Shown: positions 12,337 to 25,159, counted from the whole stretch's first letter. The stretch: DNA of 63,458 nt, filler included, from Octopus bimaculoides (GCF_001194135.2; 8 parts of 7 records of this genome joined end to end with filler, not necessarily neighbours in it), one strand, 5' to 3'. Notes: a model not told the origin generated them from the letters alone. Numbers and translations are program-made.

Positions 12337-12930
12337 GCTCTAATTATTACTATTAAATGTCCTGTACTAATATGAGTTTCCGTAACTCCGTAACTAGACA
12401 GATGTTGATACTTCACATTTAAAATGATTAGAAATATCCAGCTTTCCAATGCCATAGCGTCCAAAATAAAGTAGTAATCGCCAATAGCCTGCCTCTGGCC
12501 CCTAACGAATTCGTTGTGCATCAACTTTCTATACCGGATGTTAAGAATATTCATCCATCGCAAGAGAAAACACCATCCTTGCATAGCGTCCAAAATATTC
12601 TTCAATTCGCCTGAAGCCGGCCAATAGCCGAGTTGTTGGGTGTCAAATTTCAATAGTGGATGTTAATACTATTGAACCATGGTAAGAGAGAAGAATAGTT
12701 TAAGGCTGATGGCCAGAAACAAGCAGCCAAATTCTGTGTAGATGCAACAATGATCATATTGCATCCTCTTCCCTTCTTTTCTTTTCTTTACTTCTCTTTT
12801 CTTTTATTCCTTTACGTTGGTAGTTAATGTGTTGGGCTCTGATGACGATAGCGTTCCAACGGTCGTTCACTGTATTTTCAATCGATCAATCGATCGATTA
12901 ATTAAATTGAACCATGAGCGCACCCAAAAT

Positions 12931-12955
12931 GTATACCTGAAACAGCTGTAACTCT
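12931..12955 (+). ncRNA. 3' half of a hammerhead motif (PLE-type)
   Basis: gtatacct GAAAC agct GTA actc: GAAA core, palindromic stem III tetraloop, GUA triplet; CUGAUGA half absent; lies about 600 nt upstream of a PLE ORF remnant. Confidence 0.35.
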
Positions 12956-13543
12956 ATAATGATCAAGAGACTCATTATTTATGTCTTACATTCAAACACA
13001 CACACACATCCGCATGAATGAAGTTTTATCAACTGGTAAACATACTTTTAAGTATCTTTTATCTTATTATAAACCTCAAAGCTTATAGTCGTTCAAGAAT
13101 ACACATAATCATTCTAGAAATAAGCTCCTGGAAACCATTGGAACTCGCAGCCAACTTTGTTATGTTTCTTGCTTCTATTATTCACAAGTACAAAATTCTC
13201 ATTTAAAAACAATTCGTTTTTGTTCCTTACAATCCCATCATCATACGTCACCCGTTACCATTATATACATGTTTTAAACCTTCGTCAGCATACACTTTTA
13301 ATTTTTAGCAATATGCCTGATATTTTATTACATATGCACAATTTCTATCTCACTCATGTTTTTTCTATTTTCTATGTGCGTATATTTTTCCAATTCACCA
13401 CACACCTTTTCCACTCATTTCTCGCATCGATTTTTTTCAACTACAGTTTGTTTTATGTCAGTTTTTCGGCACCTAATCAAAGCTTTTTACGATATTAAAA
13501 TATTTTCCGTATCATCTATTACGTCCTTGTTTCCTATGTTTTA

Positions 13544-15380
13544 TTGATTAATGTCTGTAAATCGGAAAACCTGAAATTCGGAGTTATCGTTGAAGTTTTC
13601 AACAGAGAACATTTTATTTCTATTCCATCTAGAAACTATTATCTGAAATATTTGATCGTGAATACCGAAAACCATATAAGATTAAGATGGATCATTAAAA
13701 ATTATGTAAATAAAAATATGAGACTCAGAACACAGAGAAATCTGTTACTTAACATGGACTTAAGAAACATTTTTTTTAAATCCCAGAAAACTCTACAATT
13801 GGTTCCGAAGGTCGTTAGCAAAGATATTGCCATAGTTACACAATTAAAAAAAAATGCTCCAGGTGGATAAGACCAAAAAAATTTCAGGTTGTTAGTTAAC
13901 ATTAAAAACAACACAGAAAAATCTAAAACCACCACACACACGTCAAGAACCTAGAAACTCAGAAAGTTTTACTGCCCTTAATATATACGATAATACGTTT
14001 GCTTCAGGTACCACGTACTATATTTTAGGTCTAGAAATCTAACTAACTACACTAGCAACTCTAAATGTAAGTTAATCCCACAAAAAAAAAATTGAGTTAG
14101 AAATAGTTAGTAAGCAAATTACTGAGGAATTTATTCTTGTGGTAAATATGCATTTAAACGATATTATTTTCATTACGAAACAACTATATGGAAACATGTT
14201 TCAAATTTTGGCACAAGGCCAGTAATTTCATAGACCTCCAGTACTCAACTGGTACTTATTTTATCGATCTTCGAAAGGATAAATGGCAAAGCCGACCTCG
14301 ATGGAATTTTAACTCAGAACGTACAAACAGACGAAATACTGCTAAACATTTTGCCTTGTCAGCTCACTGCTTTCACTAAATGGAAATATTAGAATGGTTT
14401 TGCAGAGTCCATGGTAAGTAGTATTGTAAATTTACATAACTTGATATAGCTGATTTTTGTATGACTACTCCTTCACTCTAAAGCTTTGACCCTTGCAAAT
14501 ACAATTGTAACGACTGACGAATCAAACATCAATATAAATATGCGTTCAAGAAAACTCATCATTTTTCTTTCAATAATTCCGCTTGGATGAGCAAAACAAA
14601 AACAAGACAAATTATTTGATACTTGCATAGGCTAACATAATGCGGTTCAATTGTGCATATTTAAGACATTTATATCCTTGTCATTATAGGCAAAGGACAT
14701 CCTACAGAAAGGTGGGGTGGAATTTATCGAGAAGATGGACTCGCGAAATATGAGTGGATATGAGACAGCCAGAATTAGGGAAGATCTAATAAAGCTATTT
14801 AAGGAAATAAACGTACGCATTACAGTAGATACTGTTCTTGGTATAGCTAATTTTTAAACATTATTTTCAATGAAGAAACAAAATATCAACCTTTATCATT
14901 ACCTAATGAAAATTATGCTAAATAAATAAGAGTTCCACACACTCGCCTAATATTTTTTGTAATTCCTAACATTTCTAAGGAAACCCGTTTATCAGTGCTT
15001 CTCATTATTAAAATGCATCTCTACGGAACATTGAATTCTTAGAGAAAATGCAATATCAGCGTGCATCTAATATTTCAAAACATAAAATAGGAAACTGCAC
15101 ATTACGTGATATAATCTCGTATATAATGCAAGGGTAAAAAGGAACATAGATTTCGAGTTCTTCAAATTAATCTTGCTTCACTTTCCAAAACCATAAACCA
15201 CGAAATTTTCAGTATAAATTGATTAAGTTTTCGCTACACTACATGGAAAAAAACTTCTCATGTTCTATTAGAAAATACATTACCAGCTGACATTCTAATA
15301 CAAATAATTCAAATTATCCACCTACCTGTAACTGTGTCTGCTTTATAGAAAAACGCAGCAACTACAAATATCCGTCAATT
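13544..15380 (+). mobile_element. Penelope-like retroelement (RT plus probable GIY-YIG), heavily decayed
   Basis: SIPSRNYYLKYLI..TEN..RLRW (PLE N-terminus), FKSQKT, LDIADF, LFDTCIG..AVQLC, GGIYREDGL at 14716 (cf. PLE GLYRDDGL), FFKLILLHFPK and a CNC motif; interrupted by a SINE at 14180-14380. Confidence 0.8.
14180..14380 (-). mobile_element. SINE family A inserted in the PLE
   Basis: ggcacaaggcc...cagtactcaactggtacttattttatcgat...gaaaggat...gccgacctc...ttaactcagaacgta...cagctcactgc. Confidence 0.85.
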
Positions 15381-15549
15381 GTAAATAATGTAAATAATTC
15401 CTCATCTCTTAAATACAGAACTCAATGACCAATGAAAATAATACATTTTTACCCTCTTCTTTTACTCTCTAACAAAATGTTACCCACCAATTTTGACCAT
15501 GCTATTTTGTATTTCTCATACTGCACATGACATGAGTAAATATGGTCAG

Positions 15550-15660
15550 CGCAGGGATAAAGCAAATAGCACTTGCCCAAGGTGCTACACAGCAGGACTG
15601 AACCTGAGGTCCTGTGGTTGTGAAGCAAGCTTCTTACCATATAGCCACGCCTGCACCTGA
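15550..15660 (-). mobile_element. SINE family B, head fragment
   Basis: cacttgcccaaggtgctacacagcaggactgaacc...cttaccatatagccacgcctgcacc. Confidence 0.75.
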
Positions 15661-17427
15661 CTAGGAGATATTGTACTTTCTGAAAATAGTTATTGGCTAG
15701 AATTATCTATAATTCTCAACAAATAATTATACAATTTAAAGAAAGAAGAAAAAATTTATCTTCGCCATAGTTTCATCAATAACAGTGCAAGAACAAATAT
15801 CTAATCCCATTAACAAGAACAGAGAGCAGAGAAATAAACAAAAATATACATGCATACATATATACTTTTATATATATATACAAATATATGTGCATATTCA
15901 CACACACACACACACACATGCACATACACATCCAATATATACATACATACATATATATTATTATTATTATATATATCCATATATAAACTCAATTAATTTG
16001 AGCAAATGCTTTCCAACAAATACTTTTGCCCAGAAATAACAGAAATAATACAGACAACATCCAATAAGAATACAAACAAACGAGCAAAATATATAATGAG
16101 GCTATACAGTGGAATGGCAATCCTGCACATATAAATGTAGACAACGTAGGAAATGGTTGAATTCAAAAATATACAATATCTCGTCTCAGTTATTAACAGA
16201 GTTCAGAAAAGACAAAAATAATCAAAGCAAAAACAAGATTAACTATCTTAGAAGTAATCACCAATTCAATGTTCAGCCAAAGTAAGAGAAACTATGCTTC
16301 TGATATGCTATAAATATAGCAGACATTTCCTAGACTATGTCAATTTTAGTTCATGCCCACATACAAACTGTGGCTTAGAAATCAAAACAAACTACAAATA
16401 TTTCAAAATCACGTTATGAATTATGATAAGCTGTGTTTTGTACTACAGCAGCCACTGACCACCAAATGCATATTATCAAAGGGCAGGAGAAAGCCTTGTC
16501 AATATATTTATTTAACCAATCACATTTTGGGATTATTTGCTGTCAATGCAGGCCCTCCAAGTTCCCTATATTTCTGGATTATATCTTATCAAAGTTCACC
16601 CCTCTCTTTCCTCCTCCTCTCTCTCTCTCTCTCTCTCTGTCCATTTCCTTATACATATATGTGTGTGTGTTGAATGGCATAACAAGCCATATCTTCCCAT
16701 ATTTTATTCGATTATCATCTTACCTGATAATCTGTTCTCTTTTTTAAGAAAGTTTGAGTATCACATGAGTGAGATTTGACTACTCTTTCTAGAGGTTTCC
16801 GTGTTGGCTCATGAAAGATAAGCATTTCACCTGGATATGATGGTGGTTTGTCACAGAAAGCTTTTGCTGTGAGATGAACTGAACTCAACAACAACTACAA
16901 GCTAACGAATAACTCTTCAGACCCATAGCACTAGTATTCTGTCTATCAGTGAATTATACCACTCATGGAATATATTGTGAAATAAGTATATTCAATTGTT
17001 GATAATAAAGTAATATGTAAACAGACACAGTATACTGACAAATACAGGTTACGGAATTGTGTTGTGAATTTTCTTCTGATGGTCCACGTGACTTATATTT
17101 TCATTGGAGGCTAACACACATCCATTTTTCAATAAATGTGAATGTTTATACTTGTGTTTTGCATACTTAAGTCAAACATTTCGGCTGAATAAAATGATTG
17201 ATTCTCAGCAACTGTTTTTCATCACAGCATTCAGCTAACTGTCCCCACCCTCATCTTGTTGCTCAATGCACTTTTAACACAGTCATTCCTGCTCTCAAAA
17301 AAACATATAATCTGGATTCTCCATAACCAAATATCTATTATTGATTAAACATAAGGATACTGTAATAACCATGTATTGATCTCCTATTTCCAATACAAAA
17401 ATAAACCATATTGTAAAAACTAATAAG

Positions 17428-17782
17428 AACAAGAGGACTCAGAGAGCGCAAGCCTCCACCAAGGCAACACCAACGATTAGCCAGAGATGATTTTTAAAAT
17501 GAAAATATCTGAAATAAACTCGACTGCTCTCACAAATGAGAAAACTAAAAATGAACCCAACCACTTTCAAAAATTAAGTAGCAAAAACGGAAAAGTAATC
17601 TAGAATCCTTGTTTCACATCAGATCGATCCCAAAATCTAACCGGCTCATGCCAGTCACAAGGCTAAACATCTCTGAAAGTTTCATTTGAATCCATCCAGC
17701 GGTTCTTGAGATATCTTGTCCATGGACAAACAAACAAACATGACTAAAAACAATACCTCTACCTTCGCTAAGGCGGAGTTGA
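17428..17782 (+). mobile_element. non-autonomous Helentron/DINE-1-like element
   Basis: starts aacaagaggactcagagagcgca, has (caaa)n simple repeats and ends in the hairpin ctctacctt-cgct-aaggcggag; the layout is typical of HINE/DINE-1 elements. Confidence 0.6.
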
Positions 17783-17789
17783 TAAAGAT

Positions 17790-17990
17790 TTCAAACTTTG
17801 CCTCGAGGCTAGCAAATATGGGGGAGGGGTATAGTTGATTACATCGACTCTTGTACTCAGCTGGTAGTTATTCTGTCGACCCCCAAAATTATGAAATACC
17901 CAATGGAAACTGGATTCATAATTTAAAGCCAGAAGTGCAGGTAAGCATTTTGGCAAGCATGTTAACGATTGCCAGCTCAGCATCTTAATT
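17790..17990 (-). mobile_element. SINE family A
   Basis: ggggaggggatagttgattacatcgactc...ctggtagttattctgtcgaccccc...taacgattgccagctca. Confidence 0.75.
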
Positions 17991-18694
17991 AAAATAAAAC
18001 TATATAATTTGAAATACTTTTTGCTTTCCTAAGTCTTCAATCTCCCATTAAGTTATTAACATTCTATTATAACAGTGGTGATTTTCAATAATCTAGCACA
18101 AGACTAAATCTACTGTTATAATCCTGTCTCTGACTTTGTTTGAATACTAAAAAAAATACACTACATTTTCAGTTAAACTTTACTACAAAGTATGTACAAT
18201 TGAATCCAAGACCTGACAGAAATATGGTATGTTAGGTGGAAATATCATATTTTGAAGCATTCATTAGCCCTCTATTTCAATTATTCTGAATTCTTCATTT
18301 TGTTGTCATTTTGCTATGTCTCTCTCTTTGAGTTAAACTGATGCTATTGGAATACAAAACGATATAAAACCAAGTTGATGATAATATATACAAGTTTATT
18401 CATATAATTTTTTACCTTTTCCTTCCAAATCTAGTTTCACCCTCCTTTGTTCTCCTTGCATTTGAAGTCCTTCCCATATATTAGCCTACAACCCAAAGGA
18501 CAACACCACTACCCCCCCTCTCTCTCTCACACACACACACACACATACACACGCATACACAATGTGTAACAGCCTGAAATATTGGATTATTCACTCTTCC
18601 CAACAGCTGGACTTATCAAGCTGTTTTGGGACTTTCCTCCAGACTATGCACCACCAATTTCCTCCAGATTCTGCATTTTAGCACATTCATATAT

Positions 18695-18742
<48 letters not shown>

Positions 18743-19009
18743 CTATCTATATATGCAACACAGCAAAATTTTTAGTTAGTGAACAGACTGCAGTTTCGAG
18801 CAAAGAAAATTTTGACACCATATTACAAATAAATATTAAAGCAAAGTTGAGAATCTTTATGTGTTTCTGAATGGCTAACTCATGTCTTCTGCACTGCAAT
18901 CATTTTAGTTTCAACGATTTTGGATCAAAAAGGCTTGGCATGCAAGCAGTTCTTTGTAATAATTTATAGATGCATATAAGGCAGTGACATGAGAATATTT
19001 AGAATGTAG

Positions 19010-19590
19010 GGTGGCGAGCTGGCAGAAACGTTTGCACACTGGGCGGAATGCTTAGTGGTATTTCATGTCTTTACGTTCTGAGTTCAAATTCCTCTGAGGT
19101 CGACTTTGTCTTTCATCCTTTCGAGGTTGATAAGTTATGTACCAGTTGCATACTGCAATCAATCTAATCGAGTATCCCCCTCCCCAAAAATTCCGGGCCT
19201 TGTACCTAGAGTAGAAAAGAATATTTTAAATGGGAAAAGTGGTGAGCTGGCAGAAACGTTAGCATGCCGGGCGCAATGCTTAGCGGCATTTCGTCTGTCT
19301 TTACATTTTGAGTTCAAATTACACTAAGGTAGACTTTGCTTTTCATCCTTTTGGAGTCGATAAATTAAGTACCAGTTGCATACTGGGGTCGATCTAATCA
19401 ACTGGCCCCTTCCCCACAGAAATTTTGGGCCTTGTGCCTAGAATAGAAAACAATATTTAGAATGCTGGGCAAAATGCATATCAGCTTTTCGTCCGTGTTT
19501 ACATTCTGAGTTCGAATCCCACTGAGGTCAACTTTGCTTTTTATCTTTTCAGGGTCAATAAAATAAGTACCAGTTGTACACTGGGGTCAA
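19010..19590 (+). mobile_element. three head-to-tail SINE family A copies (19010-19215, 19239-19450, 19460-19590)
   Basis: repeated g(g)tg(g)cgagctggcagaaacgtt...gagttcaaatt...gactttg.ctttcatcctt...taagtaccagttg...ggccttgt.cctaga.tagaaaa. Confidence 0.9.
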
Positions 19591-19719
19591 TGTTAATATA
19601 ATAAAGACTAGACTGCAGGAGAAGCAGACATTTGCACACATGCAGGTTTGTACGATTTATACACACATCCATTCCTTTTCTTTTTCTCTCTCTCTCTCTC
19701 TCTCTTGCTCTCTCCGGTC

Positions 19720-20099
19720 ATATGTGTGTGTATTTGTGTGTGTGCATGCATGTGTATGCGTGCATATGTGTGCATTCGTGCGTGTGTGTATGTGTGTGTG
19801 TGTGTGCATACATGCGCGTTTGTGCATGCATGTGTGTGCCTGCATGTGCACGTGTGTGTGCATGCATGTGTGTGTGCGTGCATGTATGTGTGTGTATGTT
19901 TGTGCATACATGTGTGTGTGTGTGCAAGCATGTGTGTGCCTGCATGTGCGCGTGTGTGTTTGTGCATGCACGTGTGTGTGCATGCATGTGTGTGTCTGCG
20001 TGCATGCATGCGTATGTGTGTGTGTGTATTTGTACATGTGTGTGTGTGTGTATGTGTGTGCATGCATGCATGTGTGTGTTTGTGCATGCACGCACGTGC

Positions 20100-20135
<36 letters not shown>
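19720..20135. repeat. complex (TG/TGCA)n microsatellite followed by (AG)n
   Basis: tgtgcatgca units; accounts for five overlapping spurious ORFs. Confidence 0.95.
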
Positions 20136-20486
20136 TATGCACCTACCAAAAGGCAAGATAGTCTCCGTTGGAACGGCTTTGATCAAAGGTCTGCTGAATC
20201 AGAGCTCAACCAGATCTAAACAATAACAACAACAACAAAACTGGCTGCAAATAGTATGTCACATGTTAACATGTAAAAGAGAATGTCAACATCAAAAATA
20301 TAGATCAAACCCAATTTATTCAATATGTCAACCAATTTGTCTGAAGTTAAATGAGATATGTAAAATAACACGACAAATAAATCATGAAAATGTCTTCTAA
20401 ACGGGAACGACTGAAACAATTAAATGATTTGCTTTCACATCTATAACATTATTCAGCTGCAGTCAAGTTTATATATGTAATGCATT

Positions 20487-20746
20487 AACTATGGAATGAA
20501 ATCGAAGACATAATTTATTATACATACAACATTTATACTATTTGTTAAGACAATTTACTCATAAACTATGGAATGACATTAGAGACATAATCTGTTTCGA
20601 GACAAAACATTGATACTGTTCTTAAGAGAACTGACAAATAAATTATTGAATGAAATTGAAGATGCTATCTGTGATAGACACAGCATTTATACTATACATA
20701 AGACAATTGACTAATAAACTATGGAATGAAATTAGAGACATAATCT
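20487..20746. repeat. degenerate ~79-bp minisatellite, about 4 units
   Basis: recurring (a)taaactatggaatga(a/c)attagagacataat at 20487, 20562 and 20713, with a diverged unit at 20630. Confidence 0.7.
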
Positions 20747-20994
20747 ACTATTTATTCATCAGTCTATTGACTGATAAAGTGAAATCAAGAATATTGAAGC
20801 GAGAAAGCCCTGTAGCTAAGATATATTCAGTGATAGGCAGGAAGTTAAATTGATGTATAAGATATATCCAAAATACTTCTTAGATTTGTTTATTTATGTT
20901 GCTAATTTAAAGTTACCCTGTTAAGTGTAGTTGCTTGGAATACCCTAGGCTGTGCTGTGTCCATGCATACAAGATAAACACAAAGATAATATTC

Positions 20995-21410
20995 TTTCGT
21001 TCTTTTATTCTTTTACTTGTTTCAGTCATTTGACTGTGGCCATGCTGGAGCACCACCTTTAGTCAAACAAACCGACCCCAGGACTTATTCCTTGTAAGCC
21101 TAGTACTTATTCTATCGGTCTCTCTTGCTAAGTTACAGGCACGTAAACACACCAACATCAGTTGTCAGGTGATGGTGGGGTGACAAACACAGACACACAA
21201 ATACAACACACACACACACACATATGTATATATATTATATATATGACAGGCTTCTTTCAGTTTTCATCTACCAAATCCACACACAAGGCTTTGGTCAGCC
21301 TGAGGCTATAGCAGAAGACACTTGCCCAAGGTGTCACGCAGTAGGACTGAACTCAGAACCATGTGGTTGGGAAGCCAGCTTCTTACCACACAGCCACTCT
21401 TGCATCTATG
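20995..21410 (-). mobile_element. SINE family B, full length, CpG-decayed
   Basis: tcttttacttgtttcagtcatttgactgtggccatgctggagcaccacc...ttaccacacagccactcttgca. Confidence 0.9.
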
Positions 21411-21554
21411 TTATTATAGCATTTATTGTACATATTTATATAAGTCTCTGATGACTTCTGGTAGAGATGTAGGAGATTAGAATAGGGTGTACGCATAACA
21501 ACTATACATTGCAATAATTAGTAAGGTGTGAGATGCTAGGAAGAGGAAGAGCTG

Positions 21555-21795
21555 GTCCACATAGAAAGCACCCATGCTGGGTACCACATGAAAGCACCTG
21601 TGCTGGTGCAACATAAAAAGCACCCAGTTCACTCTGTAAAATGGTAGGCATTAGGAAGGGCATCCAGCCATAAAAAACCATGCCAAAACAAACAACTGGA
21701 GTTTGGTGCTGCCTTCCAACTTGCTGGTGCTTGTGAAACTGTTCAACCCATACCAGCTTGAAAAACGGATGTTAAATGATGATGATGATGATGAT
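21555..21795 (+). mobile_element. SINE/LINE-tail family D with (GAT)n tail
   Basis: aaaagcacccag...ggcattaggaagggcatccagcc...ccatgccaaa...ccagc..gaaaacggatgttaaatgatgatgat; copies at 22735-22948 (+) and 54110-54290 (-). Confidence 0.8.
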
Positions 21796-22734
21796 CTGGA
21801 TTCTGCATGTGTGTTTGCTTGTTGAAAGTTGAGATGTGCTTTTAACGAGAACTAATCTGCCTCTAGCTTGGTTTTGATGAGGAGTGAAGATGTGTCTCAC
21901 AGGTTTCTCTCAAACTCTGCAGTTGTTCTTGGTGGGGTTTTTTTTCGGTTTTAATACACTGAAAAGAATAGGAACCACAAAGACATTGGAAATGGTTTAC
22001 ATGACCTGAAATGCTATCCCTGCAAACTGATTGATTTATAATAAGGACAGACCACATGACATGAGTGTGATCTATGTGTGGTATGGACCTAGTAACTGAA
22101 AAATGTGAGGTTCGATTCTAGGTCTCACTGCATATATATTGTAGGGGCTAGATTCAGATTTTGTAGGCTCCTGGGCTGCAGATCCTGACCTGGTTCGCAG
22201 TGATATTTTCAAGAACTCTTCCCTAAATTTCTAGATTAACTAAAAACTTATTGACAACTCTCAGAGGTCCCTGAATTACAGCTAATGCCTTAATCCCTGG
22301 ATTAACAGCTTATTAAGCTGCATGGATTACATTCTCTAAAGCACATGCCTTAATCCAGCACTGGACATCATATGTATTCTGCCATTTTGGAATTGATTAT
22401 CTTTAGCGATGTGAGACATTTCATACATAGCACAACTGTGTCCAAATGATTTTCTGCCATTATTTATAAGTTCAGAGAAGACACATTCAGTTTAATTTAT
22501 GTGACAAGATAACAAGTGCATAATAATTATATTTGCATATTTGTACAAGTGTTTATTTTTGCATTTTCCCACCTGCCCAGTTTAAGTAATGAGATAATTA
22601 TCATTGTTATCATCATCAACATCATCATCATTATTATTATTAACATTATAAAGGTCACTTTATGCAAAGAAGAAAACAAATGCATAATTGAGCCCGCCTG
22701 ACTAGCTCCTTTGCCAGTGGGATGTAAAAAGAAT

Positions 22735-22948
22735 CATCCAAATGTGGTCGATGCCAGTGCCGCCTGACTGGCACCCGTGCCGGTGGCAAGTAAAAAGTAC
22801 TCACTACACTCTTGAAGTGGTTGGCAGCTGTAGAATCTTTTGCCAGATCGGATTGGATCCTGATGTAGCCTTCTGGCTTGCCAGCCCTCAGTCAAACCAT
22901 GCAACCCATATCAGCATAGAAAGCAGATGTTAAATGACGATGATGATA
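22735..22948 (+). mobile_element. family D copy
   Basis: gtgccggtggcaagtaaaaagtac...ccagccctcagtcaaaccatgcaacccatatcagcatagaaagcagatgttaaatgacgatgatg. Confidence 0.75.
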
Positions 22949-22992
22949 TATATGTATATGTATATGTATATGTGTATATATATGTATATATA

Positions 22993-23026
<34 letters not shown>

Positions 23027-23049
23027 AATGTGTGTGTGTGTTCCCCACT

Positions 23050-23230
23050 ACTTGGTAACTGGTGTTGCTATGTTTATGTTCCCATAACTTAACAGTTTGG
23101 CAAAAGAGACCAATAAGTACCAGGTCTGAAAAACGAAAAAAAGAAAACTGGAATCGATATTCATTTGACTAACATTTCTTCAAGGCAGTGCTCCAGCATG
23201 GCCACAATCAAATGACTGGAAGATAAAAGA
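23050..23230 (+). mobile_element. SINE family B, 3' half (variant subfamily)
   Basis: gcaaaagagaccaataagtacc...caaggcagtgctccagcatggccacaatcaaatgactg. Confidence 0.8.
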
Positions 23231-23276
23231 TACTGTCAACGAGACACACATACAAACATCCTTCTCTCTTACGTAG

Positions 23277-23575
23277 ACACATGCACAATTTCTCTCTCTG
23301 TCTCTCCTCACCTCTCTCTCTCTTCTCACCTCTCTCTCTCACACACACACATGCACAATTTCTCTCTCTGTCTCTCCTCACCTCTCTCTCTCTCTTCTCA
23401 CCTCTCTCTCTCACACACACACATGCACAATTTCTCTCTCTGTCTCTCCTCACCTCTCTCTCTCTCTCTTCTCACCTCTCTCTCTCACACACACACATGC
23501 ACAATTTCTCTCTCTGTCTCTCCTCACCTCGCTCTCTCTTCTCACCTCTCTCTCTCAAACACACACATACACATG
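23277..23575. repeat. ~62-66 bp minisatellite, 4-5 units
   Basis: unit acacacatgcacaatttctctctctgtctctcctcacctctctctctcttctcacctctctctctc. Confidence 0.95.
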
Positions 23576-23639
23576 CTCTCTTTCCCTCTAAAAGTGGTCC
23601 CTATTAACAAGAATAATGCAAAAGGAAAATAAGATTTAC

Positions 23640-24058
23640 TCTTTTACTCTTTTACTCTTTTACTTGTTTCAGTCATTTGAATGTGGCCATGCTGGAGCAC
23701 CGCCTTTAGTCGAGCAAATCAACCCCAGAACTTATTCTTTGGATGCCTAGTACTTATTCTATTTGTCTCTTTTGCCGAGCTGCTAAGTTACAGGGACGTA
23801 AACACACAACCATCGGTTGTCAAGCGATGTTGGGGGGACAAACACAGACACATAAACATATACACACACATACATATACATATACATATATACGACAGGT
23901 TTCTTTCAGTTTCCATCTACCAAATCCACTCACAAGGCTTTGGTCGGCCCGAGGCTAGAGTAGAAGACACTTGCCCAAGGTGCCACGCAGTGGGAATGAA
24001 CTTGGAAGCATGTGGTTGGTAAGCAAGCTACTTACCACACAGTCACTCCTGCGCCTAT
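23640..24058 (-). mobile_element. SINE family B, full length
   Basis: (tactcttt)n tail, cagtcatttgaatgtggccatgctggagcaccgcc...cttaccacacagtcactcctgcgcc. Confidence 0.9.
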
Positions 24059-24810
24059 ATATTTTGTTCAGTTATTTCTGAAGAAAATTATTTTCACATT
24101 TCCAGAATTGTATCAGCCTTTTATTTCAGTTATAAAACAACTGTGAGAGCAGAAATTTGGGAAACTAATGTATTTGAACCAAGGATGGAAATCCTATGTA
24201 GTTGCCTTAACCTGATAGGAGTTCAGCCAATAAGAAAGTCAGATAGAGACAGAGACACACAGAGATATCTATTAACCTTGAAAATAATGAAAGGCAAAGA
24301 TGACCGTGGCAGGATTTGAACTCGGGATGCAAAGAGCCATAACAAGCTCTACAAGGTATTTGACTATCACTGATTATCTTGTCAGTCATTCCCCATATTG
24401 AATAATGTGGAGGTATGTGAAACTAAATAAACTGAATTTTATTCCATATTTTGATTATTAAATGAAAACAACAATGGCTTTAAAAAATGCAAATGACATC
24501 AATATCAATTTTTAATTAAGTTGAACTATATTTCAATTAAATTCCAGAAATATCATTGATAGTCTTTCATTACAAACTGAATTGTCATTACAATGCTGAA
24601 ACCTCACTCCATCCAACCAATTATCATATTCTTATTTTTTAAATAAAATTCAAGCTCATTTAAACACATCATTATGACAAAATATCATGGCACAAATCTG
24701 ATTTTGTGTCAAATCATTGAAATGCTGCAAAAATGATTAAATGTCACTTATAGTGAATGTTAATGTATTTAACTAACCTGAATCGTTTAATCAATACAGT
24801 CTGCTTACAT

Positions 24811-25159
24811 CAGGGGTTCTCAACCATTTCTTATCTATGGACCCCTTCGATTACTATTTTATTCTGGTGGGCCCCCATAGCCATTCGATGTTTAAAAACT
24901 AGTTTTATAGAAACGTCTTTTAAAGTTCCTATTTTGTTTTTCACACATTCTCTTGTGCTGTTTGAATTATGTAAAATGTTAGATAAAGAAACCTAGCAGC
25001 TTCTTCCAATACATACCAAGTCATACATCTAAAGCCAAATTTTTTCAGGGTCCTTTCAAATTCTATTGTGGATCCTTAATTTACTATTTTATTACATGGA
25101 CCCCACAAAATCTTATATGGACCTTCAGGGGCCATGTGGATCTTGATTGAGAACCACTG
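24811..25159. mobile_element. hAT (Charlie-like) MITE
   Basis: TIRs caggggttctcaacc / gattgagaaccactg; 8-bp flanks gcttacat (24803-10) and gtttgcat (25160-67) are consistent with a decayed TSD. Confidence 0.85.

Noticed and set aside
12340-12653. 135-aa minus-strand ORF as a host gene
   Set aside because: Part overlaps the mariner antisense and the rest loosely resembles a decayed LINE endonuclease; no splice or homology support.
20147-20215. Apparent minus-strand exon with good splice sites (…[19 protein letters not shown])
   Set aside because: All three frames contain a stop, so no selenocysteine or editing rescue is needed as explanation: the sequence is the (CAA)n-tailed 3' end of repeat family E (compare 940-1023 and 52340-52400).
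21870-21960. Minus-strand segment reading PPRTTAEFERNL, reminiscent of an RPAP3-C-like motif
   Set aside because: That frame has a stop right after the acceptor and would need a homopolymer indel; no partner exons found.
23277-23575. CRISPR-like or coding repeat array
   Set aside because: Units are contiguous with no unique spacers, built from CT/CA microsatellites, in a eukaryotic context; it is a minisatellite.
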